From Candidatus Hadarchaeum sp. (GTDB lineage Archaea; Hadarchaeota; Hadarchaeia; Hadarchaeales; Hadarchaeaceae), in NCBI RefSeq assembly GCF_049969415.1, contig NZ_JBMFOX010000005.1:1-53640 (forward strand): a DNA stretch of 53,640 bases. The letters run 5' to 3'. Positions 9,972-19,193 of this stretch are shown here, in pieces (positions within the stretch are counted from its first letter, which is position 1; each line of letters starts with the position of its first letter). The position numbers and the translations under genes were made by a program. The notes beneath the pieces were generated by a model. That model was given only the letters and a program-made list of their open reading frames with translations. It made no database searches and was not told the DNA's origin.

Positions 9972-10063
9972 ACTTTATCCAACCGTTTAAGAGGCGGGCA
10001 TTGGTTAAATGGCTTTTTGCGTCATCCCTTTAAGCATCCGTCAAGATGGATTTACTGATGGAG

Positions 10064-11218
10064 ATGAGAATTCTTCATGTTAATCCATTTTACTATCCCT
10101 ATCAAGGCGGCACTGAGAAGTACCTCTACGATTTGTGCCGGCGGCTGGCCCGGAGGAACTCCGTGAGCGTGATCACCTCAAAGTTCGGGGGCAATCCTGA
10201 GTTCGAGGTTATCGAGGGAACCAAGGTCTACCGACTAAAGAGCCTGGTACTGCAGAAGCTTCCCCCGTTCTTGCCGCCGCCACTCGCGATACCCTTCTCG
10301 TTTCGGAGCAACATGATTAAAATCTGTAAAAAGGAAAAGCCCGACGTAATCCATATCCACAACCGGTTCTTTTTGAGTTACTCATCCATGGTCCTGTGGA
10401 AGAAATCGTTGGGCGTGCCCCTTTTCATCACCCTTCACAATGCCAGGCCGGTGGGCATAAACGAGGAGACCGATCTTCTGGGGCAGCTTTTTGATGACTA
10501 TGTGGGGCAGAGGATAATCCGCAGCTGTGACCGGGTGCTCGCCAACAGCAGGTGGACGCTGGAGACCACCCTCCCCAAGGATTACCCTCGGGAGAGGGCG
10601 GAGGTAATCTACAACGGGGTAGACACGCAAAGGTTCAGGCGCGTGAAGTCGAACCTTAAGGACAGGTTTGGCTGCGAGTTTCTCTCCGTGACCGTCTGTA
10701 GACTGCTTCCGCAGAAGGGGGTCAAATATCTCATCGCCGCCGTTAATGAAATCGAGGAAGATTACAAGGCGGTGATCATCGGTCGGGGCCCGTGCCTCGG
10801 GGAGCTAAAATCACTCGTCAAAAAATTAGGTTTAGAAAAGAAAGTTGAATTTATCACCGATTACTTAACGGACGAGGACTTGGTTAAATATTACTCGGCC
10901 AGCGATTTTTCCATCTTGCCCTCGCTTTGGGAGCCCTTTGGCATAACGCTGGTTGAGTCGATGGCCTGCGGCTGCCCCGTCATTGCCACCAATGTCGGCG
11001 GGATTCCCGAGGTCGTTACCAGCGACTGCGGGATTTTGGTTAGTCCCAGAAGTCCAAGTGAAATTGCTGTGGCGGTCAGCAAACTCATCGGGGACAAGAA
11101 CCTCCGAAGAAGGTTGGGTCGGAATGCACGAAAGAGGGTCGAGAGGCACTTCGACTTTGACATCATCGCTGAAAAGGTCGAGCAAAGCTATCAAAGACAC
11201 CTAGAGGGAGCCGGCTAG
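10064..11218 (+). CDS. GT4-family glycosyltransferase
   Basis: MRILHV..GGTE, VIYNGVD, R-L-x-P-Q-KG, EPFGITLVESMACG. Confidence 0.95.
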   Translation: MRILHVNPFYYPYQGGTEKYLYDLCRRLARRNSVSVITSKFGGNPEFEVIEGTKVYRLKSLVLQKLPPFLPPPLAIPFSFRSNMIKICKKEKPDVIHIHNRFFLSYSSMVLWKKSLGVPLFITLHNARPVGINEETDLLGQLFDDYVGQRIIRSCDRVLANSRWTLETTLPKDYPRERAEVIYNGVDTQRFRRVKSNLKDRFGCEFLSVTVCRLLPQKGVKYLIAAVNEIEEDYKAVIIGRGPCLGELKSLVKKLGLEKKVEFITDYLTDEDLVKYYSASDFSILPSLWEPFGITLVESMACGCPVIATNVGGIPEVVTSDCGILVSPRSPSEIAVAVSKLIGDKNLRRRLGRNARKRVERHFDFDIIAEKVEQSYQRHLEGAG

Positions 11219-11239
11219 AGGTTTATCTTTTCTTCACAG

Positions 11240-11953
11240 GTGGTCCCGTTGTATCCGCTGTCCGAAAAACCGAAAATAACGATAGTGGTGCCGGCGCTGA
11301 ATGAGGAGAAGCTGATAAGGAAAACGTTGAAAAATGCCCGCGAGGTGGCACCCGAGGCCGAAATCATCGTGGTCGACAGCGGTTCCACGGACAAAACGGC
11401 CCAAATAGCCGCCGAATACGCCAAGGTCCGCCGCCGTGTGGGCAATGTGGCACAGGCGAGGAACTTTGGCGCCAAAATGGCCACGGGAGAAATCATCATT
11501 TTCTTGGACGCGGATACCCTCATAACCAGGCAATTTGTCGATGAGGTTGTTCGCGCCTTCAGGGATCCTGAGGTTGTCGGTGCCGGGGGTATGATAATGC
11601 CCCATTTTAAAGGAGTTTTGGTCGAAATGATCTTCTACCTTTTCAATTTCATGGTCATGGTCTCTTTCGTTACTCTAGGTCCTTTTCTCGCCGGGACCTG
11701 CGTGGCTTACAAGCGGGATCCCTTTTTTGAGGTGGGGGGATTCAACGAGAGGCTGGTGGCCTCGGAGGACTTCGATCTGTGCCGGAGAATATCGAAGAGG
11801 GGAAGGGTGGTATTTCTCAGGAAGGTTGCGGTGAGAACCTCGCGGAGGAGGCTGGAGCGGCTGGGGCTGATGGGGCTTATCCTCGATTGGGCGAAGGTCA
11901 CGTTACAATATCTGGGCGGCAGAAACCCGATGAAGTACAGCAGTTTCAGATGA
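11240..11953 (+). CDS. GT2-family glycosyltransferase
   Basis: IVVPALNEE, VVDSGSTD, FLDAD, SEDFDL. Confidence 0.93.
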   Translation: MVPLYPLSEKPKITIVVPALNEEKLIRKTLKNAREVAPEAEIIVVDSGSTDKTAQIAAEYAKVRRRVGNVAQARNFGAKMATGEIIIFLDADTLITRQFVDEVVRAFRDPEVVGAGGMIMPHFKGVLVEMIFYLFNFMVMVSFVTLGPFLAGTCVAYKRDPFFEVGGFNERLVASEDFDLCRRISKRGRVVFLRKVAVRTSRRRLERLGLMGLILDWAKVTLQYLGGRNPMKYSSFR

Positions 11954-11963
11954 ATGGGACAGT

Positions 11964-13058
11964 TTAGATGTGTTTTCGGTAGAACCTCTCCAGTTTTTTG
12001 GTACATTCAACGACGGAAAACTTTTTTCCTGTTTTCAGTGCCTGATTTTGCATTTTTTGGGATGGCACATAGGAGTTTAGGATCTCGGCCAGTTGGGCAA
12101 CGTTACCGGGTTCAAAAAGGTAGCCGTTTTTTCCGTCCTTTATAAACTCAGGTATGGCGAGGGAGTTGGCGCCGATTACGGGGCAACCGCAGGCCATGGC
12201 CTCCAACACCACTAGGGCCTGCGTCTCTCCCGTTGATGCGATGATAAAGGCATCCGCGGCCGAATAGTAGAGAGGTTTTAGCTTTTCCGGGACATAGCCG
12301 ACAAAGGAGACCTTTTTCCTGAGCCCGAGCCTGTCCCTTAAATCCCTCAGCTTCTTGGCTGCCGGCCCGCGGCCGGCGATGACCAATTTTCCATCAACCT
12401 CAGCAAAGGCGCGGATGATGACATCTATGTTTTTCTCGTAGCCCAACCGCCCCAAGCTTAAAAAAAATTTTTCCCCTTTCAGCCTGAGAACTTCTCGAGC
12501 GTATTCCCTTTCTTCCGGCTTGAAGAAATTGGTGTCGATCCCTGTGGGGATGATTGAGATGGCCCTTTTTATCTGGTGTGAGCGGAGGACCTCCCTTAGC
12601 GCTCGGCTCGGGGCAATGATCCCGTGTTGTTTATTGTAGAAGATCTCGCAGTATTTCCAGACCACCTTTTCCATTATTTTTTTACCCAGCGTTGCCACGT
12701 AGCACACGTATTCCGAGAGCAGGGTGTGGAAGGTCGTGACGCGGGGAATCTTCTGGAAGTTGGCGACCCTCCATCCGAAGAAGCCCATGGTGAATGGGGA
12801 GTGGCTGTGGACGATGTCGAGCTCGGGCACGGACTCTCTCCCCTGCGGGACGGCGATTTTGAACTCGGGATAGGGCCGGAAGGTCACCGCCGGGTAGGAG
12901 CAAACCTGCATCCCGGCGAACCCCCTGACGTTGGTCTTCGGGCAAAAGATAAAGACCTCATGCCCCCGCCTGACCAGCTCAGGACCGGTGCTCAGCAGGG
13001 AGGTTACGACGCCGTTTTTCTGGGGCAGGAAAGTGTCCGTGAAGAACCCGATTCGCAT
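11964..13058 (-). CDS. GT4-family glycosyltransferase resembling diacylglycerol glucosyltransferases
   Basis: MRIGFFTDTFLPQKNGVVTS, HSHSPF, GRLGYEKN, ETQALVVLEAMACG. Confidence 0.92.
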   Translation of the reverse strand: MRIGFFTDTFLPQKNGVVTSLLSTGPELVRRGHEVFIFCPKTNVRGFAGMQVCSYPAVTFRPYPEFKIAVPQGRESVPELDIVHSHSPFTMGFFGWRVANFQKIPRVTTFHTLLSEYVCYVATLGKKIMEKVVWKYCEIFYNKQHGIIAPSRALREVLRSHQIKRAISIIPTGIDTNFFKPEEREYAREVLRLKGEKFFLSLGRLGYEKNIDVIIRAFAEVDGKLVIAGRGPAAKKLRDLRDRLGLRKKVSFVGYVPEKLKPLYYSAADAFIIASTGETQALVVLEAMACGCPVIGANSLAIPEFIKDGKNGYLFEPGNVAQLAEILNSYVPSQKMQNQALKTGKKFSVVECTKKLERFYRKHI

Positions 13059-13060
13059 TT

Positions 13061-14485
13061 TTACCCACTCCAAAGTTGTCCGATTGATCTCAGCCCAGTT
13101 TCCGACCTTAGATTGGCCAGCAGAATTTTCATTCGGTGCCCGCTCTTTAACGTTTTCAGTATCTGAGAAATCAGGTAGCTTGGCCTTCTGACAAATTCCT
13201 GATAAAAACCGTTTATCATCTCGTTCAGCTCCCCTTCGTTCAAGACGGAGGGAAGAACTTCGACGGCGGGCAGAGCGACATCCCAGTATTTTTCTTCATC
13301 CAGGTATCCTTTCTCCACCGCGTGGTTCCATAGTTCAGTTCCGGGAGACAGGCTGAGGATGTTCATCTGGGGAAAATCCATCTGTCGCAGGCTGAGGGCG
13401 AAATCAAAGGTTTCTCTGATGTCCGCCTTTGTTTCAATCGGCGCCCCAACGATAAAAGATCCGATGACGTTTTCTATATCTGCCTTTTTCGCATTGGTCA
13501 CCGCCCTTCTGCTCATCCCCGGGGTTATGTTTTTTCCGTAGTAGTCGAGTACCTTCTGAGCGGCGCTCTCGATTCCAAAGTAAATGGTCCTGCATCCGGC
13601 GCGGGACAGCTCCCGCAGAGTTTCCGCGGAAGCCTGATCTACCCGCCCCTCGGCCCACAGGTCTAGCTTTACCTTGCGGGCCCTCAAAAGTTCGCAGATT
13701 TTTTCGACACGCTTTCTGTTGAGCAGTAGGTTATCATCCACGAATCCGACCTCCTCATACCCCTGGCTGCAGAGCAGCTCCATCTCGGCGACAACGTTTT
13801 CAGGCGATCGGAACCTCACCTTTCTCCGTGAAAATGCCGAGCAGGCGCAGTACCTGCAGGCGAAGGGGCAGCCCCTAGAAGAGAGTATGGTGGTGAATTT
13901 CCCTGAGGCGCCTAGCAAACCAACCAGCTCTGAGTGGTATTCCTGCTCCAACAGCGATCGGTCAGGGAAGGGCAGCTTGTCTAGGTCTTGGACCAATTCT
14001 TGGGGCGGATTTTTTACCACCTTGCCTCTCCGCCGGAAAGCGATGCCCTTGACCTGTTTTATTTCAGTTCCATTTTCAAGCGCATTGATCAGTTCCGGGA
14101 GAACTATTTCCCCCTCACCAAGGACAACGAAGTCGACGATAGGATATTTCTCCAGCAGCCGCCTGAACTCGAAGGTGGCGTGATAATTTCCAAAGACGAT
14201 CTTGGTCTCAGGGCTTTCTTCCTTCACCAGGGTGGCAATTTTGAGGGCCTGTTTAAAGGTGGGCGTCAAAGCACTTATCCCCACGATATCCGAATTTTCC
14301 CATTTTACTCGTGCAGAGAGCTTTTCCAGCGGCAACCTTTCCCGGGCATTGTCGATGACCTTGACCTCGTGGCCCTCAAGCTGCAGCACCGATCCCAGAT
14401 AGAGCAGGCCTAGTGGAGGCCAGGCCGCCTCGTTTTCGATCCGCTCCTTTTGCCCCATGTTGGCATTTATCAGAACTACTTTCAA
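13061..14485 (-). CDS. Cobalamin-binding (class B) radical SAM protein
   Basis: PPLGLLYLGS B12-binding N-domain, GEGE, SRGCPFACRYC, GIES. Confidence 0.92.
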   Translation of the reverse strand: MKVVLINANMGQKERIENEAAWPPLGLLYLGSVLQLEGHEVKVIDNARERLPLEKLSARVKWENSDIVGISALTPTFKQALKIATLVKEESPETKIVFGNYHATFEFRRLLEKYPIVDFVVLGEGEIVLPELINALENGTEIKQVKGIAFRRRGKVVKNPPQELVQDLDKLPFPDRSLLEQEYHSELVGLLGASGKFTTILSSRGCPFACRYCACSAFSRRKVRFRSPENVVAEMELLCSQGYEEVGFVDDNLLLNRKRVEKICELLRARKVKLDLWAEGRVDQASAETLRELSRAGCRTIYFGIESAAQKVLDYYGKNITPGMSRRAVTNAKKADIENVIGSFIVGAPIETKADIRETFDFALSLRQMDFPQMNILSLSPGTELWNHAVEKGYLDEEKYWDVALPAVEVLPSVLNEGELNEMINGFYQEFVRRPSYLISQILKTLKSGHRMKILLANLRSETGLRSIGQLWSG

Positions 14486-14555
14486 ATGGCCACAACCTGA
14501 ATTAATATTTCCTCATCAGGTTAAATTTATCAGGTGGCAGGGAGAGGTGAGACGG

Positions 14556-15464
14556 ATGACGGTTTTGGTTACTGGCGGTGCGGGGTTCATCGGCTCGAAC
14601 CTGGTGGAGGAGCTGGTCGGGCTTGGGGAAAGGGTCATCGTTGTGGACGATTTTTCCACAGGCTCGCTGGATAATTTGAGAGCGGTGCAGGGCCGGGTGC
14701 AGATCTTGAGAACCCCTTGCCAGCGGCTTTTGGAGCTGGAACTTCCGGAGATAAAGAAAATTTTCCATCTGGGGATACCGTCCAGCTCTCCGATGTATCG
14801 CGACAACCCGGTGCTGGTCGGTGAGGCCATCGGCGGCTTCATGAATGTCTTTGAGCTGGCGAGGAAAAACCGGGCCAGAGTGGTTTACGCCTCTACCTCA
14901 AGCCTTTACCGGGGTTGCCCCACCCCCCACCGGGAGGACATGATTGCGGAGCCGTTTGACTTCTACACCGAGGCCAGAATTGCCATGGAGCGGCTGGCCA
15001 AGGTTTATCACGAGCTTTACGGAGTTTCCTCGGTGGGCCTGAGATTTTTCTCGGTTTACGGTCCGCACGAACGCGCCAAGGGCAGATACGCGAACAACAT
15101 CTCCCAGTTCCTCTGGGCCATGCGTGAGGACGAGCCCCCGGTGGTTTACGGCGACGGGGAACAGACGCGCGATTTCGTTCATGTGAGCGATGTGGTCCGG
15201 GCCTGTCTCAAGGCAGCCGATTCCGATCTGGGCTGTGAGGTGATAAACGTCGGTACCGGCAGGCAGACGACCTTCAACCGAGTGATTGAGTTGCTCAACA
15301 AGGAGCTGGGCAAGTCAGTAAAACCGGTTTACGTGCCGAACCCGGTGAAAAATTACGTCTACCACACGCTCGCCGATCTGACCAAGGCTAGGAAGCTGCT
15401 GGGGTACGAGCCGACGGTAACCGTTGAGGAGGGCATCAGACGGCTGGTTGCGTCGGCAGAGTAA
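14556..15464 (+). CDS. NAD-dependent nucleotide-sugar epimerase/dehydratase
   Basis: VTGGAGFIGS, YxxxR variant of the catalytic motif, LRFFSVYGP, GDGEQTRDFVHV. Confidence 0.93.
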   Translation: MTVLVTGGAGFIGSNLVEELVGLGERVIVVDDFSTGSLDNLRAVQGRVQILRTPCQRLLELELPEIKKIFHLGIPSSSPMYRDNPVLVGEAIGGFMNVFELARKNRARVVYASTSSLYRGCPTPHREDMIAEPFDFYTEARIAMERLAKVYHELYGVSSVGLRFFSVYGPHERAKGRYANNISQFLWAMREDEPPVVYGDGEQTRDFVHVSDVVRACLKAADSDLGCEVINVGTGRQTTFNRVIELLNKELGKSVKPVYVPNPVKNYVYHTLADLTKARKLLGYEPTVTVEEGIRRLVASAE

Positions 15465-15517
15465 AGCGGTCACTTTTGGTGCGGCACCAGGTTTAGAGGT
15501 TAGAAGATTAAGGTAAG

Positions 15518-16192
15518 TTGGGGTCACCGGTGAATGGGAGCTGGTTAAGTCGGCACAGAAAACCGGTTGCGGTATTTGTCGTTGTGGTTCTGGGCCTAGG
15601 GCTTTCGCTGTTGGCCACCTATATCTACAACCTGCCCGGTGATTTCTGGAAAAGCATCGGTTATCCCGGCATCTTTTTGTTAAGTTTTATCGGGACCAGC
15701 TCGATAGTAATCCCCATCCCTTACACGGTGGTGTTGCTGGCAATATCGCCGGCCTTCGACCCCATCCTTTTTACCGTGGCGGCGGGAACGGGCTCGGCCG
15801 TGGGGGAGATGACCGGATATCTTCTCGGGTTCTTGGGCCGAAATGCCCTGGGTGAAAAGCGCCGCAGCCAGATGGACGCAATGCTGAGAATTTTCAGGAA
15901 GTTCGGGTCCGTCGCCGTCTTCGTCTTCGCGCTCACCCCCCTCCCTGATGACCTGATCTTTATCCCGCTGGGCCTCATGCGATACAGCCCGTGGAAGACC
16001 TTGGCCGCGTGTGTCGCCGGCAAGTTCACCATGGTGTTTATCATTGGAGTTGTGGGCAAGGCAGTGGGGGAGTTGTCTGGAGACCTGCTGATCACGGTTT
16101 TGGTATCCGTCCTCTTGATCCTGATTATCCTGGTAATTTTCAAGATTGACTGGGTGAAGCTGGCCGAAAAATACGCTCCGGTAGAGGATTAG
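15518..16192 (+). CDS. DedA/VTT-domain membrane protein
   Basis: IPIPY, GSAVGEMTGYLLG, FALTPLPDD, GK motifs. Confidence 0.87.
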   Translation: MGSPVNGSWLSRHRKPVAVFVVVVLGLGLSLLATYIYNLPGDFWKSIGYPGIFLLSFIGTSSIVIPIPYTVVLLAISPAFDPILFTVAAGTGSAVGEMTGYLLGFLGRNALGEKRRSQMDAMLRIFRKFGSVAVFVFALTPLPDDLIFIPLGLMRYSPWKTLAACVAGKFTMVFIIGVVGKAVGELSGDLLITVLVSVLLILIILVIFKIDWVKLAEKYAPVED

Positions 16193-16219
16193 CACTGACA
16201 GGCTACTTAGTTTGGTCGG

Positions 16220-17317
16220 TCACTTTTTGATGGGTTCAAAGCGCTTCTTCAGCTTTTCAATCACGTCAGGTAGCGTGGTGTACTCCAGTTCTTCCAGGGA
16301 GAGAAGGTGGGGCTCGAATGGCCCGTGCCGGCGCATGTACTCGCTTACCTCGATGGCCCGTTTTCGAGCTAGGTCGAAGGAGGGGTCGCCGAAGAGGTCA
16401 ACCGGACCAATCAGTTCTCCCTCGCAAACTTGGAAGCCGTAGGCCATTACACGCGGTGGACCATCAAAGCGTGTGGGCCGCGCCTCTTCGCGGGAGACCG
16501 GCATCAGGGGGCCGCGGTGGGACCCGCGCATCCACCCGGGCACGAGCTGCGGAAAGGCAAACGCTTCCAGAATTTCCCCCACGGCGGGGAATCCGGACTG
16601 CGCCCGGGCAATCGCGACGGGATCGTCCTTGCCCACGTATTTTCCTGCGATGAATGAGAGCCGTTCTGTGCTGGCCACGGCGGCCACTGCCCCGTCTTTC
16701 CTGAATATCCTTTTGATCACATAGCGGCTGGAGAGGCCGATCAGAGAGAGCAGATCGTAGAGTTCCTCGGGGCAGTTGAGGAAGATCCGTTCACCTTCCT
16801 TGATATTGTGCACCTCAAACCTAAAGCCCTCGTGTATCTTTGAGTCTATTACCAGCCCGGCGGTGTTGAAGGGATCGGCGAAGATCTTGTAGAAGGGAAG
16901 GTTGAAGGCCGAGGGCGAGGTCTTGTCGCACATAAGGACAATGATGGGCTCGCTGGGGCGCTCCTCGATTTCGAATTCAGCCACCCCCGGCCCCATGCCC
17001 CTCACGTTTCCGGAGAAGGCCTCGACCAGCAGGTCCTGACCCGCACCGTAGTATTTGCGCTTTTTCGCCAGCGCCGCAGCTTTCTTAAAAGTTTCCCAAG
17101 CCAGTCCGTGAATCTTAGGGTTGTCCTCTCCCTTGTCGTGGGACATGATAAGCTCTAGGTCATCCCCGCAGTTGGTGACATGATAGCTTTTGATGACGCC
17201 CTTCTGCTGGGCCGCCTTTAAGGATTTTTCTGCAATTTCCAAAAGCTCGTCGGGAACTTTTACGTGACCGGGAATGCTGCCTACGTCGGCTTTTATAACA
17301 CTGATGGTGGTTTTCAT
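16220..17317 (-). CDS. fbp: Fructose-1,6-bisphosphate aldolase/phosphatase (class V)
   Basis: ISVIKADVGS, GDD, YGAGQDLL, GKYVGKDDP, GWMRGSH, ELEYTT. Confidence 0.97.
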   Translation of the reverse strand: MKTTISVIKADVGSIPGHVKVPDELLEIAEKSLKAAQQKGVIKSYHVTNCGDDLELIMSHDKGEDNPKIHGLAWETFKKAAALAKKRKYYGAGQDLLVEAFSGNVRGMGPGVAEFEIEERPSEPIIVLMCDKTSPSAFNLPFYKIFADPFNTAGLVIDSKIHEGFRFEVHNIKEGERIFLNCPEELYDLLSLIGLSSRYVIKRIFRKDGAVAAVASTERLSFIAGKYVGKDDPVAIARAQSGFPAVGEILEAFAFPQLVPGWMRGSHRGPLMPVSREEARPTRFDGPPRVMAYGFQVCEGELIGPVDLFGDPSFDLARKRAIEVSEYMRRHGPFEPHLLSLEELEYTTLPDVIEKLKKRFEPIKK

Positions 17318-17349
17318 ACATCAAGTTTACGGCCGAACGTTTTTAAGTC

Positions 17350-17910
17350 TTACGCGCTGGAGATCGCGAAGGTGGCGGTTAATCCGGCGACCAAGGACAG
17401 CGTCACGATGATGATGAGGCTTGAGATCAGTTCTGGGCCCGCCGCCGGCTTCGTCGGCCTTCCCCGCAGGCGATAGAGCATCCGGACGGACCGCTGTGTG
17501 CCCAGCTGTGCGGCCCACAAGGAGAGTGGCAGATTCACGACTAAGATTATCATGATGAAGAAGAACGACCAAAGCTCCGCCGATGTGATCGAGGTCAACC
17601 TCCAGTTTGAAATGGCGGTCTCTAGGATTGTGATCAAACCGCTGTCGTAAACACCCCGTGCGAAGAGAAAGAACGCGGCCCCAGCCCCGAAGAAGAGCTG
17701 GGATAGCACGAAGGCGGCAACCGGGGTGAGGGTGAAGTATAAAATGGGCTGCCAGAGTTCCAGCCGGCCAGGCAGCGGCACGCTGATGGCCCGCCCGAGC
17801 TCCGAGAAAAGTCCACCGTAACCACCCAACCACTTTCCATAGGCGAAGCCAACTATCCAACTGCCGACGACGACGAGCCAAAAGGAGTAATACCAGTATT
17901 CTTCGCGCAT
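17350..17910 (-). CDS. Conserved-looking membrane protein (5-6 TM), upstream of fbp
   Basis: Hydrophobic ORF with a GGTGGGGAG RBS before the ATG. Confidence 0.7.
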   Translation of the reverse strand: MREEYWYYSFWLVVVGSWIVGFAYGKWLGGYGGLFSELGRAISVPLPGRLELWQPILYFTLTPVAAFVLSQLFFGAGAAFFLFARGVYDSGLITILETAISNWRLTSITSAELWSFFFIMIILVVNLPLSLWAAQLGTQRSVRMLYRLRGRPTKPAAGPELISSLIIIVTLSLVAGLTATFAISSA

Positions 17911-17929
17911 CTCCCCACCGGAGCGTTAT

Positions 17930-18178
17930 CTATTTGTATTTCCGGTCATAGTCGCGCTTGGCCAGATCGATGGCCCGGCTGAGATACTTGTGGTCCAAAT
18001 CCGTCTTTTTCTGGGCGGAGTCGGTCGTTGAATGCGGCGTCTTCGGCGCCAATGGCTTCGGCGGCGTTAGATTGCGCTCCAGGATGGTTATCCTGCGCTC
18101 AAGCTCAGAAATTTTGGCGCGAAGAAAATTCAGCTTCTCCTCCAGCTGCGAGATGCGCAGGTCGTTCTCCATATTCAT
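17930..18178 (-). CDS. Small coiled-coil hypothetical protein
   Basis: Heptad-rich N-half (ISQLEEKLNFLRAKISELERRITILE), GGTGA RBS, co-oriented with the downstream genes. Confidence 0.6.
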   Translation of the reverse strand: MNMENDLRISQLEEKLNFLRAKISELERRITILERNLTPPKPLAPKTPHSTTDSAQKKTDLDHKYLSRAIDLAKRDYDRKYK

Positions 18179-18302
18179 TTCACCGTTAAGATTTTTCTCT
18201 GGTTTCTATTAAGCGTTTGGCGTAATTTTTTTAATAAGCGAGGCAACTAGGCAATTTCACTCGGCAAAACAGTTTTTTGTTGGTGAAGAAAGACATATTT
18301 GA

Positions 18303-18378
18303 GCCGCCGTAGCTCAGCCGGTAGAGCGATCGCCTCGTAAGCGATAGGTCGTGGGTTCAATCCCCACCGGCGGCTCCA
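18303..18378 (+). tRNA. tRNA-Thr(CGT)
   Basis: GCCGCCG/CGGCGGC acceptor stem, ATCGC-CT-CGT-AA-GCGAT anticodon arm, GTTCAA T-loop, encoded CCA, no intron. Confidence 0.97.
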
Positions 18379-19193
18379 CTGGCAAAAGCCGCTTCGCACT
18401 TTATCCCCAGTTCCCGACAAAGAGGGATTATTTTTGAAGAGATTATTTTTTGATAATCGTGCCCATGAGAGATTGTTGGCGGTATCCTCCCAGCCAGCCC
18501 CGGTTTCAGGCTTTCCAGAACCGGCTCCAGCCGTTCCATCACCCACGGCTTCAGGTTGAGCTTATCGTATAGTACTTTGCTTTTGGTTTTTGCTGCGATT
18601 TCAACGATTTTTCTGAGATTTTCTTCATCATCGTTTATTTCAGGAATTATCGGACCCAGAAATATCCAGGTGTCAACTCCGCGGCCAGAGAACTCCTCCA
18701 GCACCTGAGCGCGCGCGTCGGGCGGTGAGGCCTTGGGCTCCAGCAGACGCGCCAGTTCTGGATCTATCGTGGTGATGGTCACGCCGACGTCGAATTTCTT
18801 TGGCACAATTAAATCGGAGTCGCGCAGGACTAGGTCCGATTTGGTCTGGATCGATACTGGAAAATCGTGCTCTAGCAGAACCTCGATGCATTTTCTAGTC
18901 AGCTCTAGGTTCTTCTCGACGGGTTGGTAGGGGTCGGTCACCGTGCTCAGCCCGACCACGCCGCGATCTTTGCGGTGCACCTCCTGCATCAGCGTTTCCA
19001 CAATGTTCCTTTTTATCCTGACGACCTTTCCCCAGCTTTCAGCAATTGACTGGTCCTTAAACACCGAGGGGCTGTAGCAATAGGCGCAGCCGTGCTCGCA
19101 TCCCGTGTAGGGGTTCAGGGAGTAGTTGAGCCCGGGCAGCCTGCTGGGTGAGAGCGCAGTTAGGCAGCTGGTGAAGATGTATTCCACACTCAT
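18357..19193 (-). CDS. Spore-photoproduct-lyase-like radical SAM protein (Rv2578c/MJ0683-like)
   Basis: LNPYTGCEHGCAYCY, STVTDPYQPVE, QTKS, LEP; its ATG overlaps the nreA stop (TGATG). Confidence 0.88.
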   Translation of the reverse strand: MSVEYIFTSCLTALSPSRLPGLNYSLNPYTGCEHGCAYCYSPSVFKDQSIAESWGKVVRIKRNIVETLMQEVHRKDRGVVGLSTVTDPYQPVEKNLELTRKCIEVLLEHDFPVSIQTKSDLVLRDSDLIVPKKFDVGVTITTIDPELARLLEPKASPPDARAQVLEEFSGRGVDTWIFLGPIIPEINDDEENLRKIVEIAAKTKSKVLYDKLNLKPWVMERLEPVLESLKPGLAGRIPPTISHGHDYQKIISSKIIPLCRELGIKCEAAFASGAAGGD

